A stretch of DNA of 64,000 nucleotides from Octopus vulgaris (taxonomy: Eukaryota), in the NCBI GenBank assembly GCA_951406725.2, contig OX597825.1:3038001-3102000 (forward strand), in the 5' to 3' direction. Made by a program: the position numbers and the translations under genes. Below the pieces are notes generated by a model that saw nothing but the letters and a program-made list of their open reading frames with translations, did no database searches and had not been told where the DNA came from. Of the stretch, positions 26,388-39,493 are shown one piece after another; positions within the stretch are counted from its first letter, which is position 1, and the number at the start of each line of letters is the position of its first letter.

Positions 26388-28452
26388 CATACATACAAAT
26401 ATACATATATATATGTGTGTGTGTGTGTGTGTGTAAGTGTGGATGCGTGTTGTGTGCCTGTACATGTACCTGTGAGTGTGCTTCTCTGTATATATCTGAG
26501 CATGTTTAATCACTTGAGATATGTCTATGTTAATATTTTTAAGATTTAAAGGCATTAACATTGAATTTGCAGCGGATAAATTTCTCGCTCTCGGTAAAAA
26601 TATAATATTCTAAAAATTATGAATATTTGAGTATAAGTAAGGATATACATATATACATATGTGTGCACGTGTGTATGTATATGTGTGTATGTGTTTTTGT
26701 TTGAATGTGTGTGCTTAAATACACTCATATACACATGTATGTCTATTTTTTTAGCTATCATTATATAAGAAATAAAACATCAGAATCTCCAGATATGATT
26801 ATCCTTAGTTTCTGCAATTTCTTTAAATTAGATGTCGATACATTTGTGACAACGGCTGTACTGACTGAGGCACATTAATGGTGCAAAAAAACTTCTATAC
26901 ATTAAGGCTTCGTTAAATATATCATCTGCTACAATTCTTAACACCATGCATAATTATTGCAGAATATATCAATATGGATAGTGTGATTTATTATTTTCTT
27001 CGGGGTAGGTAAATTTATGCTATATAATTTCTTTAATTTACTAATTCAATGATTCGAGCTTTTGGATTTAAAGCAATTAATTTCATAAAATTCATAATAT
27101 CCTATTTTCTTTAATTTCCTTTAAAATTAATCACTTAATTACATAAAATATATGTGGAATAAGTGTGAGTTTCTATATCGGTTTATCGGCGTTTGTATAT
27201 GTAACTAAATGCATATAGCATATACGTTTAGAAATATTAATGTTTCTAAGTCTCTCTAAAGGAGACTACGGCAGCGGTACTGGATATTAATAGTTATCGC
27301 CAATCTAATATGGCAGCCCAGAAATATAGGACGAATGTTGTCGTTGATTAGTTCCATCTATCTCTCTATCTACTAGTCTGTCTGTCTGTCTGCCTTCCTG
27401 TCTCTCTTTCTGTCTGTCTATCAGTCTAGCTATTTATTAGTCTATCTATGCATCAATCTACCTATCTATCTATCTACCTTTATAAATAAATATATATATA
27501 TATATATATATTCGTGTGTGTGTGCGTGTTAGATGCTGTGCTTGATGATACCAATTTATGTCCATTGGAAATTTTAAACACTTATCGTATCTGTAACGAA
27601 ATACAATGGCATTTAGTGAGCATTAAAATCTTTGATTTCCTCCATGTATATTTCACCATCACACATGTCAATCTCCAGTGTTTATCAACTCATTTGTTGA
27701 TCAGCACATTTGATGTTAAGAGAATAAATATCGTTCCGTAGAGACATCCTCTCATACGTCTTAAACCTTTCGTTTTATCACTATTCCAATATACATGTAA
27801 TCATCTATGTATGCTTGTTTTTAAGTGATCGCTTTTTTTGTTCATGTAAATGTCTATGCTATGTGCAAAAGGCCATATGAAATATCGCAAGAGAATCCCT
27901 AACATTGCAAGAGGTGAAGTATATACGTGTTCTTTTGTAAGATATATTACTTATCACTGTATTTCACATTCCTGTATTTCGTTTATAGTCTAAAGATAAT
28001 TACCTATATATAATAAATATATCCATACTCTAACTATAAATTTACATCGCTAATATAAGATGAATTAGATAGATTTGATATGTGAATTATATATATTACA
28101 TTCGAAATTAATGAAAGAAGCCAATTCTCCTAATGGTGTGTGTCTAATAAATTATCAGAAATTTGATATCCTTTGGCACCGAAGAGACAAAATAACATAT
28201 TAAGCTCCATTATGCAAGTAGAATACACCTGTAACTACATCATAAAACTCAGATGGAAACGCCAATAATATTATAATTCAATATTAAAGGAACATACATA
28301 CAATCGAAATTACGGATTATATACTACATTTCTAATATTTTTTTTCAATATAATCGTTTACCTAAGCGATAGGTATGCGGTCAACACATTATTGATGATT
28401 CTATGTAAACTAAATGAATATATCATACTGTGTTGATATCAAAAGACCTGTA

Positions 28453-28665
28453 GGTGGCGAGGTGGCAGAACCTTTAGCATGCTGGGCTAAATGTTTAGAG
28501 GCATTTCGCCATTCTTTAAATTCTTAGTTCGTATTCCGCCGAGATCGACTTTACGCTACATCCTTTTTTAGCCGATAAAATAAGCACCATTTGAGAACTG
28601 GGGCCGATGTAATCAACGCACCTCAAACCCTGAGATTCGTTGGCTTTGAGTCACAATTTCAAACC
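28453..28665 (+). mobile_element. tRNA-derived SINE (family A, tail type 2), diverged
   Basis: GGTGGCGAGGTGGCAGAACCTTTAGCATGCTGG...TTCCGCCGAGATCGACTTT...GATAAAATAAGCACCA..ACTGGGGCCGATGTAATC is homologous to 2921-3152. Confidence 0.75.
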
Positions 28666-28810
28666 AATATTACGTGCACTATGATCGAAAATATTCATAC
28701 CTCCTTGCCTAAAATCGTTTACGTATATTTTTAACTAGAGCCTCCTTGTATATCCTTGTTCATTAACAATTGATCCACACAAAAATCTTGTATAAATGTC
28801 TTCTACATTT

Positions 28811-29184
28811 TCAACGTAGCTTGCAGAGAACTCTACTTTGTTGTCGATAAATTGTGCCAGTATATAGATCTAACAGCGCTCCCATTACAGCACTTTCTAT
28901 TTGGCCAATACAATCCTTCCTCTCAAATCTTAACGCATGTAAGAGTAGCACTTGTGAGATAAACACTGCTGATGGAAAACATCTTAACAATACTTGACCT
29001 CTTCGCAATACCTCACACGTACACATTTTTTGACGGCAGCTGTATCTCGGAAATTATTCGCGATGAGAATTTTTTGTCTCCATAATTCTTTAAACTTGTT
29101 CTCTTCGAATGTTGTCAACTCCTTGTCTTGTAGCTGGTTTCATATATTTTCAATTATTTCGTCCAGATAAGTTTCAGTTTCCAT
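28811..29184 (-). pseudogene. Decayed ORF whose N-terminus resembles the TFIIA large-subunit helical domain
   Basis: From ATG at 29184: METETYLDEIIENI*NQLQDKELTTFEENKFKELWRQKILIANNF..., with several later stops. TATAAA lies ~70 bp upstream. Similarity judged by eye only. Confidence 0.35.
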
Positions 29185-29289
29185 GGTAATGTATTCAACT
29201 TACCTTCGCATTACTCATTTGTTCATGCCTACGCATGTAGATGTGTATATTTGATTTATACAACTAAATGTTGTCACCTTTCGCGAACA

Positions 29290-30005
29290 AGAGGTGGAAT
29301 TTCAAGGTAAAAAGAGAAGCACTTGAAATATTTCAGAACAAGAAAGCGAGGAATCTATACTCTTATGAAGGAGAGTTCATTGAGAAAAAAATACGCTGGC
29401 CATTACCTGGATGTTAATAGAACGCATACCAGTTACATCATGGTGTGACAAAATTTCGAAAGCAAATTATTAGACCAAAGAATATCTATGATTACGTACC
29501 AAGTTGTTTAGATTCTGAATAAGTGACTTATTGAGTTAATTATCTATGCTGCACTTTCTTAAAGTGTGTTAAAGAAGGACTCTGTGTATTGTAACCGTTA
29601 TAAACATATTCGTTTTACATAGTGTTGTCTCAGGTGTAGTCGATTCATATCTCAACTGCTTCATATCACATCTGACGTTTAACTCCTGAAATGAACGTCC
29701 ACTCATGCCGGGTAGTTTGACTAATTTCAAACTTTTACCACACAAATATGCAACGCGAAATATTCGGAGCTATTCGAATTGTTAGAAGTAGCAGACAAAT
29801 CTCCGAAAAATAACAAACGGGAGAGAATAGTTTATTGACTAAAGAAATGCCTACGTCGGCACAAAATACTGGAAAGCCATGATTGAGACACGTCTGATCG
29901 CAGGTCGAATAACTCCGCAGTGACCAAGGTGGAAAAATCAATGAGAGAAATATCGAAATGTGTCGCTCCTACTTCATCAATTTGCAGATATTTTGCTTCA
30001 GTTTC
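29290..30005 (+). mobile_element. Highly decayed piggyBac-like transposase relic
   Basis: KQIIRPKNIYDY...LLS*LSML...VINIFVLH (~29460-29620) parallels the piggyBac pattern KPxxIxDYN...DQxLSYY...xNAYILY. A possible Cys-rich tail lies at ~29840-29990. Confidence 0.45.
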
Positions 30006-30650
30006 CTTTTTCTTATGTTTTATTTTCAAGAAATAATGCAAGTTCAAAATTGGAAATATTTGTCTCCATCAGCTGATTTGTATTCTAAAAGAGCACAGTT
30101 TTCACTGGTATTTTTTAAAATACTAATACTTGCGTTAATTATATTTATGTTTTTTCTTAACAACAATCCATGTAAATTATTGTGTTTCATGCACATCAAT
30201 TTGTCTGAGTATGTATAATATATGCATTTACTTTACATGAGTTGTTTGTCATGAATAAAATAAACATCTATACAAAAAATAAATTGTATATTCAATTAAA
30301 TAGTCTAACATTTTTTTTTCTTTTTACCCAAGACAGTTTTAGCCAAATTAATTTATAGCAAAAAAAATATGCTATGAATATTATGGAAATTGCAAAGCTT
30401 TAGCAGGAGAAAAAAATGTTGCTGTTGAAAAGATGAATTGATTAGTGAGCTGCTAGAATTAGAGAGTGAAGTAAATGGTATATTAGAAAAAAAATGAAAG
30501 AAAGAGAAAATAACATCACATTCAGTTGTCCCATCTAAATAAAAAAAAACGGTCTGCATTACAAATTACTTCGTAAAAACAGTATTAGCCACACTTACGT
30601 ATTTCATATAAAACCAGGATGTATTATATTGAATACAAGAGAAAAATCAA

Positions 30651-31010
30651 TGTACAAGAAATAAACCATCTAACCAGAAAATCCGATACGTTATTAAATC
30701 AGCATTTCAAACTAAACTTTACTGAGGTTATAAACTTAAAGTTCACTTCCTCTCTTGTTATATCCTTATGGCTAAACGAATCCTCTGCAACTGTGGAATA
30801 ACATTATAATCGAAACAAACGGCAGTAACCACACGGGGAGCACAACAACAATCTTTTTAGAACCAACAACCCAACTTGAACTGTGAACTCTGAACGATCA
30901 ACACACGAAGTGTGGAACTCTCAGGTCATACCTCAATTACTCAGACTGCTACTATTTATAGGTAGTAGTCCAGTCCATTCTCGCCAGGGGGTGTCGCAAT
31001 TTCGCTTAAC
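30651..31010 (-). mobile_element. Possible short solo-LTR-like element
   Basis: Minus strand runs TGTTAAG...TGTACA (TG..CA) with CTATAAATAG near its 5' end; no direct TSD seen. Confidence 0.3.
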
Positions 31011-31236
31011 ATTGATGTTCGATTTTTCCTGAGTTTCTGTTACTGTGTCTGTTTTTCTTCCCAAATCTTTCTCTCTTCCTCCCCCCTCTCTCTCTCTCGT
31101 ATGTGTATGTATATGAGTAATTGCAAACAAAGTTTTGTATACGCGATTGAAAATCGCGAATATCAATCTATTTATTTATATATCGATCACTGGAATTTTT
31201 TATCTATTTCTGTCTCTCCCCACTCTCTCCCCCTCT

Positions 31237-31237
31237 A

Positions 31238-31317
<80 letters not shown>

Positions 31318-31352
31318 CAGATAGGCAGATGGATAGATAGACAGACAGACAC

Positions 31353-31441
<89 letters not shown>

Positions 31442-31460
31442 GAGATAGACAGATAGATAT
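31237..31460. repeat. (TATC)n-(TA)n-(GATA)n compound microsatellite
   Basis: Directly visible; the outer tracts are mutually complementary. Confidence 0.95.
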
Positions 31461-33599
31461 TATATAGATATTATAATATGAACATATAATAAATACTTTG
31501 TTCTGGAAATCGTACCCTCAATTTAATATTACCCATTTTTCAAGCGGTTCATTCTGAAAGTGTGTGTTCCACTTAAGCGCAAATTATTCTGAAACATACG
31601 AAATGGTATTTTTAGTTGTTTAGGAAACGATCAATTCCAAATATGACACACATTCATTTTTGTTAATTATTATTCTCTGGATAAGTTATATACACAACTC
31701 TTCATATGAAAATAACAAGAGAATTCTTATCCTTCCGAATTGTATTTAAATATGACGAATATCAAAACGAGTATCGTTCTTATTCTATTTCGTGATAGTT
31801 TTGAGAGTAGGGTCTATCCATTATACCATATAAAAGCAATTTTCTAGCGTTTATACTTCGCAATTCTACTTACCATATAACGACGTTGTCAATATCGCAT
31901 AAGAACTTAAAGAAAATGGTATAAAACGATGATATATTATTACGTGAGGCGGGGACCCCTTATTCTGGAGTTGATGAAGTATTCAATAATTTATATTTCC
32001 AGATGTTATATTTAAATTCATAATTTTTGATATTATCTTTTAAAGTCTAGAATAATTTGGAGATTACAAGGCATTTCATCAACGTCTGAATCTATGCATA
32101 ATTTGTGAACTCCCTACGTATATAGCAAAACAAGCCGGAGTTCTAAAACATATACAAACAACAATGTTTATATATATTCAAAGAAACCGTTACCACACTA
32201 AAATCACTTCTCTTAGCAGCATGCGTCTTTCCAAATAATTTACTTAACATAAGTACTTTAACTGTGAAATAAAAATTTATACGAATGTTGATGTAAAACA
32301 TTTTTAAGCATTTCTCGTAGAATATAATAATACATTAGTGTCTCCTGTAGACGCTTCGCTATTTCACCAATAAAAGGTGATTGTAATAGCAATTAAGTAA
32401 ATGTCCCTCAATTACAGAATATGCGTCCTTCATTTCTTTCAAATATGAATCTGCATTTTGTATCTAAAACGATAAAGGATCATTATTGCTACTGAAATTT
32501 TTTCTACTCAAGATAAATAAACCCAATGAATTTTTTCTACGGTTCTCGGAATTTGTTTTTCTTTTTTGCCAAAGAAAATCGCGACTAATTTCCCTGGATT
32601 AGGAATTTAACATATTGATGTATCTTGATAGTATTCTAGCCATATATTGCGTATTTTAATTCTCAACCATTCTAAGTAGAAGGAACAGAGTGAACAAGCA
32701 ATTAGCAAGTTGAAAATCTGTCGCCAACAACAGTCTGGCGCCATTGCTAACAACTTTTAATAAGAACTAAAAACAAATAATCTGTAGAGTTTTGTTACTG
32801 ATAGCTGATCAGAAAGAACTATTGCTAGTTATAGCTTGTGTATATATTACCATCTAAAACATTTAACGTTAAAGAAGCTAGATACGATCTATAACGATGC
32901 CAACATGAAGTCATGTTTGAAATTAATAACACGTAGAAAGCTATAAAGATTTTAAAAATAAACAACAAATGATAAATTCGCTGATAAGAACATTCAATAT
33001 TACGATAAAAATGTAAGTAGTGAAGAGACAAATGTACAGAAAGTTTTTAATAAAAAATAACAGAAAGTATATTGAAACATGAAGATACATTAACGACAAA
33101 AAGTTTATAATTTTGCAAAGCATAGTGCAATGTAGTTACTCCTAGAATTGTTATATGCAACGGCTTACTAAGCAACGAACCCCTGAAAATAAGTTGTGAC
33201 AAGAATTTCTAATCCAGGTTTAGATATAAGCAAGTTTGTCGGACGTCATACAGTCTTGAAACAAGTTTGGGCTCTATCATGGTTCTCTAACAAAACTGCA
33301 CTGAGATATGAAAAACTTTAGGATATTCGGTTTACCTGCAAAAGGCAAGCCTATGTATTAAGGAAATATATAAGAAAATCGAAAGGAATGAACAAAAATG
33401 AACAAAAGACCATGGGAAATGATCTTTTAATTTACACTTCTTTAACGAAGCGTTCTAAGATTCGTTACAATTGTATATTGCGCTATTGTGCCAAATTTAT
33501 TATTAGATGTCTATACAATGACTTTCATAACCAAACACATCAACGTGTAAATGGGACTGACATATTTAAAACATAGTTTAATGCGCTAGTAACAACCCT

Positions 33600-33737
33600 T
33601 TCGGCTAAAGGCACAGAACTGAAATTAGTGGGAAGGATCATGTCACTTACATCTACCCCAAATCCTTAGTTGGTACTTATCTCAACGATCCCTAAAGCAT
33701 GAACAGAAAGATTAACGTCGGAGGAATGTGAACTGCG
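33600..33737 (-). mobile_element. Degenerate SINE family A fragment
   Basis: GGCACAGAACTGAAATT..TGGTACTTAT..GGAATGTGAACT parallels the copy at 56700-56892. Confidence 0.45.
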
Positions 33738-33892
33738 TTGTTAATAACAATCGTTTCTATTGCAGTATAAGATGTATTTCTTCTTCTTCTTCTTGTATTT
33801 TGTGTTGTGAGTGTGTGTTATGCGTTCGGTATACAGTATAATGAGTTGGGCATCCGTCATGCTGCTGGTAGTTAATTTCACTGGATATTTGT

Positions 33893-34294
33893 ACTTACCT
33901 AGCCCAACGACCGTCGACTTGCGCCAACTCATTGGCTACAAACGCAAGCGCAATTTTATCAAGGTTGGAGGCCGAAAGTTCCCTACAGCATATTCATTTT
34001 GGCGTCATTGACAGCATTGTGAACAAACACCGGCTAACAGCACTAGGGTTAATCAAGTTCTGGTGCCAGTTAAGACAGACATTTACCAAGCTGTCACCAA
34101 ACAAACCTGGTATAAAAACGTAGGATTCATATGACAGACAATCCGAACTGGCCGATTTACAACTTCTTCAATTCGCTCATTTCATCCAGTATTTCAGTGG
34201 CTGATATTGGATTATCGACGAACCTCGCCGACACTTCTCAGAGCCGCGACAGGCAGTTCGTTTACAAACCATAATCCACCACTGTCGTCGTCGC
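33893..34294 (-). other. CpG-rich candidate promoter/first exon ending in a consensus 5' splice donor
   Basis: CpG-dense single-copy-looking block. Minus strand reads ATG AGT TGG CGC AAG TCG ACG GTC GTT GGG CTA G|GTAAGT (ATG 33932, exon end 33899). No downstream exon identified. Confidence 0.3.

Positions 34295-34367
<73 letters not shown>
34295..34367. repeat. (AAT)n microsatellite
   Basis: Directly visible. Confidence 0.97.
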
Positions 34368-35044
34368 TTGAGGAAAATGATGACAATATAGTCAATATGG
34401 GAGCCAAATTTTCTTTTGATTTCAGTGCATTATATGGATCTTATTGCAAATCATATTCCAGCAATTTTTGCTACATCGTTAGAAGATAAGAATGTTTGAT
34501 AAATATCTTAAAGTGAAATTGCATTGTAGGAAAAAATATTTTAAACTATTACTTCTTGTATCCTTTAATCATTCCGCATTCATTAAACAGAAATTTGGCT
34601 TCTTTTACGCCTATTTATCTCATTACGTAACTCTCTGTGTAGAAGGTGTGTGTGGTGGGCGGTGATTTCGTGTGAAGAAGTTGCTTAATTGGGCCAAAGT
34701 CATCGTAATATTTTGAATTCCAATTAACTAACATCCAATATATATTTACACATATAAACACTGCGAACATATAACAAGTTCTCAAAAACCAACTGAAACA
34801 TGCACACTCATGCGCACGCATACACGCCAACACACACATAGACACACAGATACTTTCACACACATATGCACCCAAATGGTTAGAATATTTACTGTTGCTA
34901 ACAGTTTGCTTAGTACCATATTCAATCATATATTGATTCCCCTATCGAAATTTTGAGACGTATTCACATGTTTTGTAGATGCTAATGCAGAGAAGAACTT
35001 CATCTTTTCAAGAACCTCTAAAATTATCTCACAGAAAGAAAAAC

Positions 35045-35355
35045 GATACACGTCGCCCTTTTCAAGCCTATCCATGCTCATGGACCCAGTTTCCCGGTTT
35101 CTGTGGCGTATGTGCTCTCCCGGCTGGAGGGGGCGCCAGTACATCGCAGCATTACTCAAGAAACAGGAAGAGAAAGTGAGAGAAAATTGTGGAGAAAGAG
35201 TAAAACAGGGGTCGCCACCATTCCCTGCCGGAGCCTCGTGAAGATTTTTGGTGTTTTCGCTCAATAAACACACACAACGCCCGGTCTGGGAATCGAAACC
35301 ACGTTCCTCCGACCGCGAGTCCGCTACCCTAACCAATGGGCCATTGCGCCTCCAC
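35045..35355 (-). mobile_element. tRNA-derived SINE (family C) with a MetaSINE-like conserved domain
   Basis: Head GTGGAGGCGCAATGGCCCATTGGTTAGGG...GGTTTCGATTCCCAGACCGGGC (A/B boxes). Body CTGCGATGTACTGGCGCCCCCTCCAG...GCCACAGAAACCGGG resembles the Meta domain as recalled. Confidence 0.8.
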
Positions 35356-35384
35356 TGACAGAGAAAGCCATTTGTAAATATAGA

Positions 35385-36060
35385 CTTCAGGATCAAAGGC
35401 AGATACCAAGGCTTAACCTTAGCTGTTCAAGACAACAGATTACTGTCCCGGGACTATTAAGCCAATGTGATGAAAATGGAGTAGATTCAAGATGCTGAAT
35501 TTACAATGATAAATTTGAAATCTTGGCCTAATTAATATATGGATGGAAAGTTTTAGCAACACTGGAGTATAACTGAAGACACAACAGAACAGGACAATAT
35601 CAACATTGTTTAAAATATCGGCATTATAAAATCAAAGCTGTTGACGAGGTGTATTAGCACCATACTGAGGAAGAACGTGTAGCGTTTCTTCGCGACTTTC
35701 CAGTACATAGAGAAATAACCATTAAAGCTAATATACAGGATATTATTGTGAACGCCCAAAACAATAAAGTATGTCTGTTGATTGGTATGAGTATTCTTGT
35801 GATAATATTATCTCGGGAAAAATATTTGACCAGCACAGAATATGACGATTTGCTCATTGATATCGCAAAGGAAGTTGCATCTTAAATCAGTTTCAAATAG
35901 CAGTGATTGTAGGAATACATGGAATGGTAAGAAAAGGGACTATGAATTATGTGCGAATGATCCGTGGTTTACCGACCCTACAATAAGTATGAAAGATCGC
36001 TTTAAGTGGTTCGTCAAAAGTATTGAGAATATCATTGACGATTGCCACTCATGGAATTCT
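35385..36060 (+). mobile_element. R4/Dong-like LINE 3' fragment (CCHC finger plus restriction-like endonuclease), decayed
   Basis: Frameshifted translation: GLTLAVQD..LLSRDY*ANVMK, LATLEYN*RHNRTGQY, FLRDFPVHREITIKANIQDIIVNAQNNKVCLLIGMSI. Confidence 0.8.
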
Positions 36061-36199
36061 TTAAAAAAATCATAATTTCATTGCATTTTGTAAATGAAGA
36101 ATCCGGTGTGTGTATTTTTATGGCCTGTTAATGTATATTAAATCTGTTCCTTTGGCCTAGATATTGAGCAGGCATTCGGAAAGAAAATTGAAAGAAAAA

Positions 36200-36215
36200 C
36201 TACTACTACTACTAC

Positions 36216-36290
<75 letters not shown>

Positions 36291-36305
36291 CAGCAGCAAC
36301 AACAA

Positions 36306-36397
<92 letters not shown>

Positions 36398-36545
36398 ATA
36401 GTAGTAGAAGTAGTAGCATTAGTAGTAACATTAGTAGTAGTAGTAGTAAGAACAAAAAAAGAAGAGGAGGAAGAAGCAGAACGAGAAGAATTGGAAGAAG
36501 TAGATATTTTGGAAGAAAAAAAATTGCAAGATTATGATAATGAAG

Positions 36546-36577
<32 letters not shown>

Positions 36578-36672
36578 GAAGAAGAAGAAGAAGAAGAAGA
36601 AGAAGAAGAAGAAGAAGAAGAAGAAGAAGAAGAAGAAGAAGAAGAAGAAGAAGAAGAAGAAGAAGAAGAAGA
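36200..36672. repeat. Compound (ACT)/(AGT)/(AGC)/(GAA)n microsatellite
   Basis: Directly visible; source of the spurious 193-aa poly-V/poly-E ORF. Confidence 0.97.
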
Positions 36673-36779
36673 CTGCGTGGAGATGGTGAAGGGTGTTTGG
36701 CGCTCTTCGATTATAACAGTCCCCAGTGGACTGCGCCAATTATAGCCTATGATTTCAGCCCGAATTCTGACCTTCGAGT

Positions 36780-38130
36780 AAAGCAGCTGTTTGAAACAGG
36801 CAAGGAAAGTGACAGAAAAGGTGAATGCCTGGTGTTTTGAGATAAACAGTGCACCCGAGATGCTGATCTCGTTACCTTTGGATGTCAATCATTTTAGGAG
36901 AGGGATACCTTGGTATGCTCAGCATTGACAAGCAAAACTGGCAAGTTATGGAAGAAGTGGACAATTTCTCACAGAAATATCCTGGGGTGTAGAGAGAACG
37001 AACGGAGATCAATGAATAATTACAGGATGAAGATCAAAAGTCAAGGAAAAGGGATTTGGATGTATTAAATGCAAAATGGAGAGAAATTCCGTGTCGTTCT
37101 TCAATTGAGATAAATAAAGAAACAAGTAAAGTCAATAATGTATTAAAGCAGATTGAAATATTTAACATGTCACACACAAAGAAACTCACCGAGCTGCATG
37201 TAGGACTGCTGCAGCAAGGATGGAAATAAAGATCAATGAGAGCAGAACATTGACGGACAGAAAAGGATATAAAAGATCTTAGTGCAAAAAGAGAATATGA
37301 GTTGTAAGCTCTTTGAGCAGTGTAGTGTCAATACTTGACAGGAAAAGAAAAGGAAGAAACGCTGTAAATTAGAAAATGTGAGGAGGTATGTTGTCGACAG
37401 AAAAAAGACAAAATCTGGTGATAGAATATCTGAAGCAACGTATACTTGCCAAGAAAGCAAAGCTATGTTTGAGTTGCGGGTTAAACAGTACCGTGTTTTA
37501 GAATTGGCCGAGCTTTTATCAAGACATTAATGGTTATTTTCCACGAGAAAGATTAATTCCTAATGGAAATAAAAAAAACCGACAGTTTTTGGGTGAAATA
37601 TGAAGCAAGCTAAAAGAACATAATGCAGTAACGGATGGCTCTGCAATCTAAAGGAAACAGTTTCTTTTCCCTTGCAAGTGTTAATCGTCTTGACCGAGTA
37701 GGCTATGAAATACGCGAAGATGACCAGGACTTGATGGTGTAGAGACATTTTAGTTTACAAAAACACAATAAGTACCATAAATTCATTGCTGAGCAATTTA
37801 ATGGATTGATTGATGAAGACAAGAAATTCCAGGATGGTTCATCAAAATGGCCGGTGGTGTGCTTGAAGGCGGTATTGAACGGACGACTGCTCCCTACAAC
37901 TACAGACCTATTTATTGCATTCCTTTAATGTGAAAGCTACCGGCAGGATGGATTTCAATCGAAAAGTACGCATTTCTCGATGTCAATGCTTTTTAAACAA
38001 TGGGACGAAAGGCTTGTAGGATGAAATGTAGAGGTAACGAAGATGGCCAATTATTGAAAGATAAGATGTGAATGCAATAAGGACAAATTTGTGGATGATT
38101 TGGGATTGATTATCGCAAATCTTCAGATAT
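36780..38130 (+). mobile_element. R4/Dong-like LINE, N-terminal to RT portion, heavily decayed
   Basis: Motif remnants KVNNVLKQIE (~37128), LKQRILAKKAKL and RAFYQDING (~37430-37535), EIPGWFIK and TAPYNYRPIYCIPLM*KL (~37820-37940; RT motif NYRPIxCLPxxWK). Confidence 0.7.
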
Positions 38131-38904
38131 GATTCCATATTCATTGGTTAGTAACCTGTCTTCACGCATGCGTATAAACATATACTCCGGTTTCGAAAAC
38201 GCTATAATTTATTAATATCTATCATTGAGCATGCGTAACGGGACATACACAGATACGCCTATTCTTTTAATTATATTACTAATGTTCCGATATATACACT
38301 CACACACACACACACACACACACACAAACATATATTATGTAGAGAATATGGTAGCATTTTTCTTCTATGTAACGCTGTAAACATCGTATGTAAGTTAATC
38401 TTGATATATGAAATCGATGATCAGCAGACCTGAAATGATGAATATATAACTTGTCAAAAGTGATTTTGAAGAAAACTATGTTTCCGAACGGATGAGGCCA
38501 CTGCAAGAATTCATCCTGTTTTGTTTAGTCTAATAACAGATCTGAAATACGTAGAATCTGATGTAACGTTACGTAAAACCAAATAGCGAAATTTAAATTT
38601 TGCTACCCACTTGTTGTATGGAATATGAAAACAGAAAAAAAGTCAAATCCATCATAATCACGATACCTGCTGAATGGCAGATGTGTTCATAAAAATTATC
38701 TGATCTATACCAAAAACTGATTTCGAATGTGGAAGCTATGAAAGGTTAATCAAACACTTATTAGTAACCTTCATCCTTCTCAACAGTAAACACAAATAAG
38801 TATACTGTATTTGTCTTCAATAAACAACATTTAAACCATTGAAATTCAACCAATGAACTGCTAAGAGATCAAGAATTGGACCAAAACATAAAAATGTTAA
38901 TATC

Positions 38905-38937
<33 letters not shown>

Positions 38938-38941
<4 letters not shown>

Positions 38942-39427
38942 TAGTTTTATTTTTATTTCTATAGCGTGCTTTCACTTCACTACCGAGCGCAGCTCAGTGT
39001 GCCTTGGGTATGTGTTGTGATTTGTTGTGATGCTCTGATGGTTATTGTATGGAAAGTGTTCTGCGTAGGATGTGTGCAGTGCCTAGTAGTGCAATTTTCT
39101 GTATGTTATATGTGTTTGTAAGTCATGGTGTTTTTGTTATGTATTTGTCTGAATATTTTTTTATCATGCCTAATGCACCTACTATGATAGGAATTGTTTC
39201 TGTTTTCAGATTCCACATTCTAGTTACCTCTATTTCCAGGTCTTTGTATTTTGAGAGTTTCTCCATTTCTTTTAGAGACACGTTGTCATCTGCCGGTACT
39301 GATACATCAATTAGAAAGCATTTTTTTTATTCATGGTCTCTGACAACTATATCTGGTCTGTTGGCCTTAATTTCTCTATCTGTGTGTATCGGCATATCCC
39401 AGAGTATGGTTGCTTTCTCGTTTTCTC

Positions 39428-39428
<1 letters not shown>
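38938..39428 (-). mobile_element. Young 5'-truncated R4/Dong-like LINE (RLE domain plus 3' UTR) inside an (ATT)n array
   Basis: Near-intact frame 39428-39042 with two stops: ENEKATILWDMPIHTDREIKANRPDIVVRDHE*KKCFLIDVSVPADDNVSLKEMEKLSKYKDLEIEVTRMWNLKTETIPIIVGALGMIKKYSDKYITKTP*LTNTYNIQKIALLGTAHILRRTLSIQ*. (ATT)n flanks both sides. Confidence 0.93.

Positions 39429-39493
<65 letters not shown>

Noticed and set aside
35280-35355. tRNA gene
   Set aside because: The tRNA-like head continues into a SINE body; no convincing cloverleaf or Pol III terminator.
36164-36745. 193-aa ORF (poly-V/poly-E), the longest in the window
   Set aside because: Translation of compound trinucleotide microsatellites; no domain or splice support.
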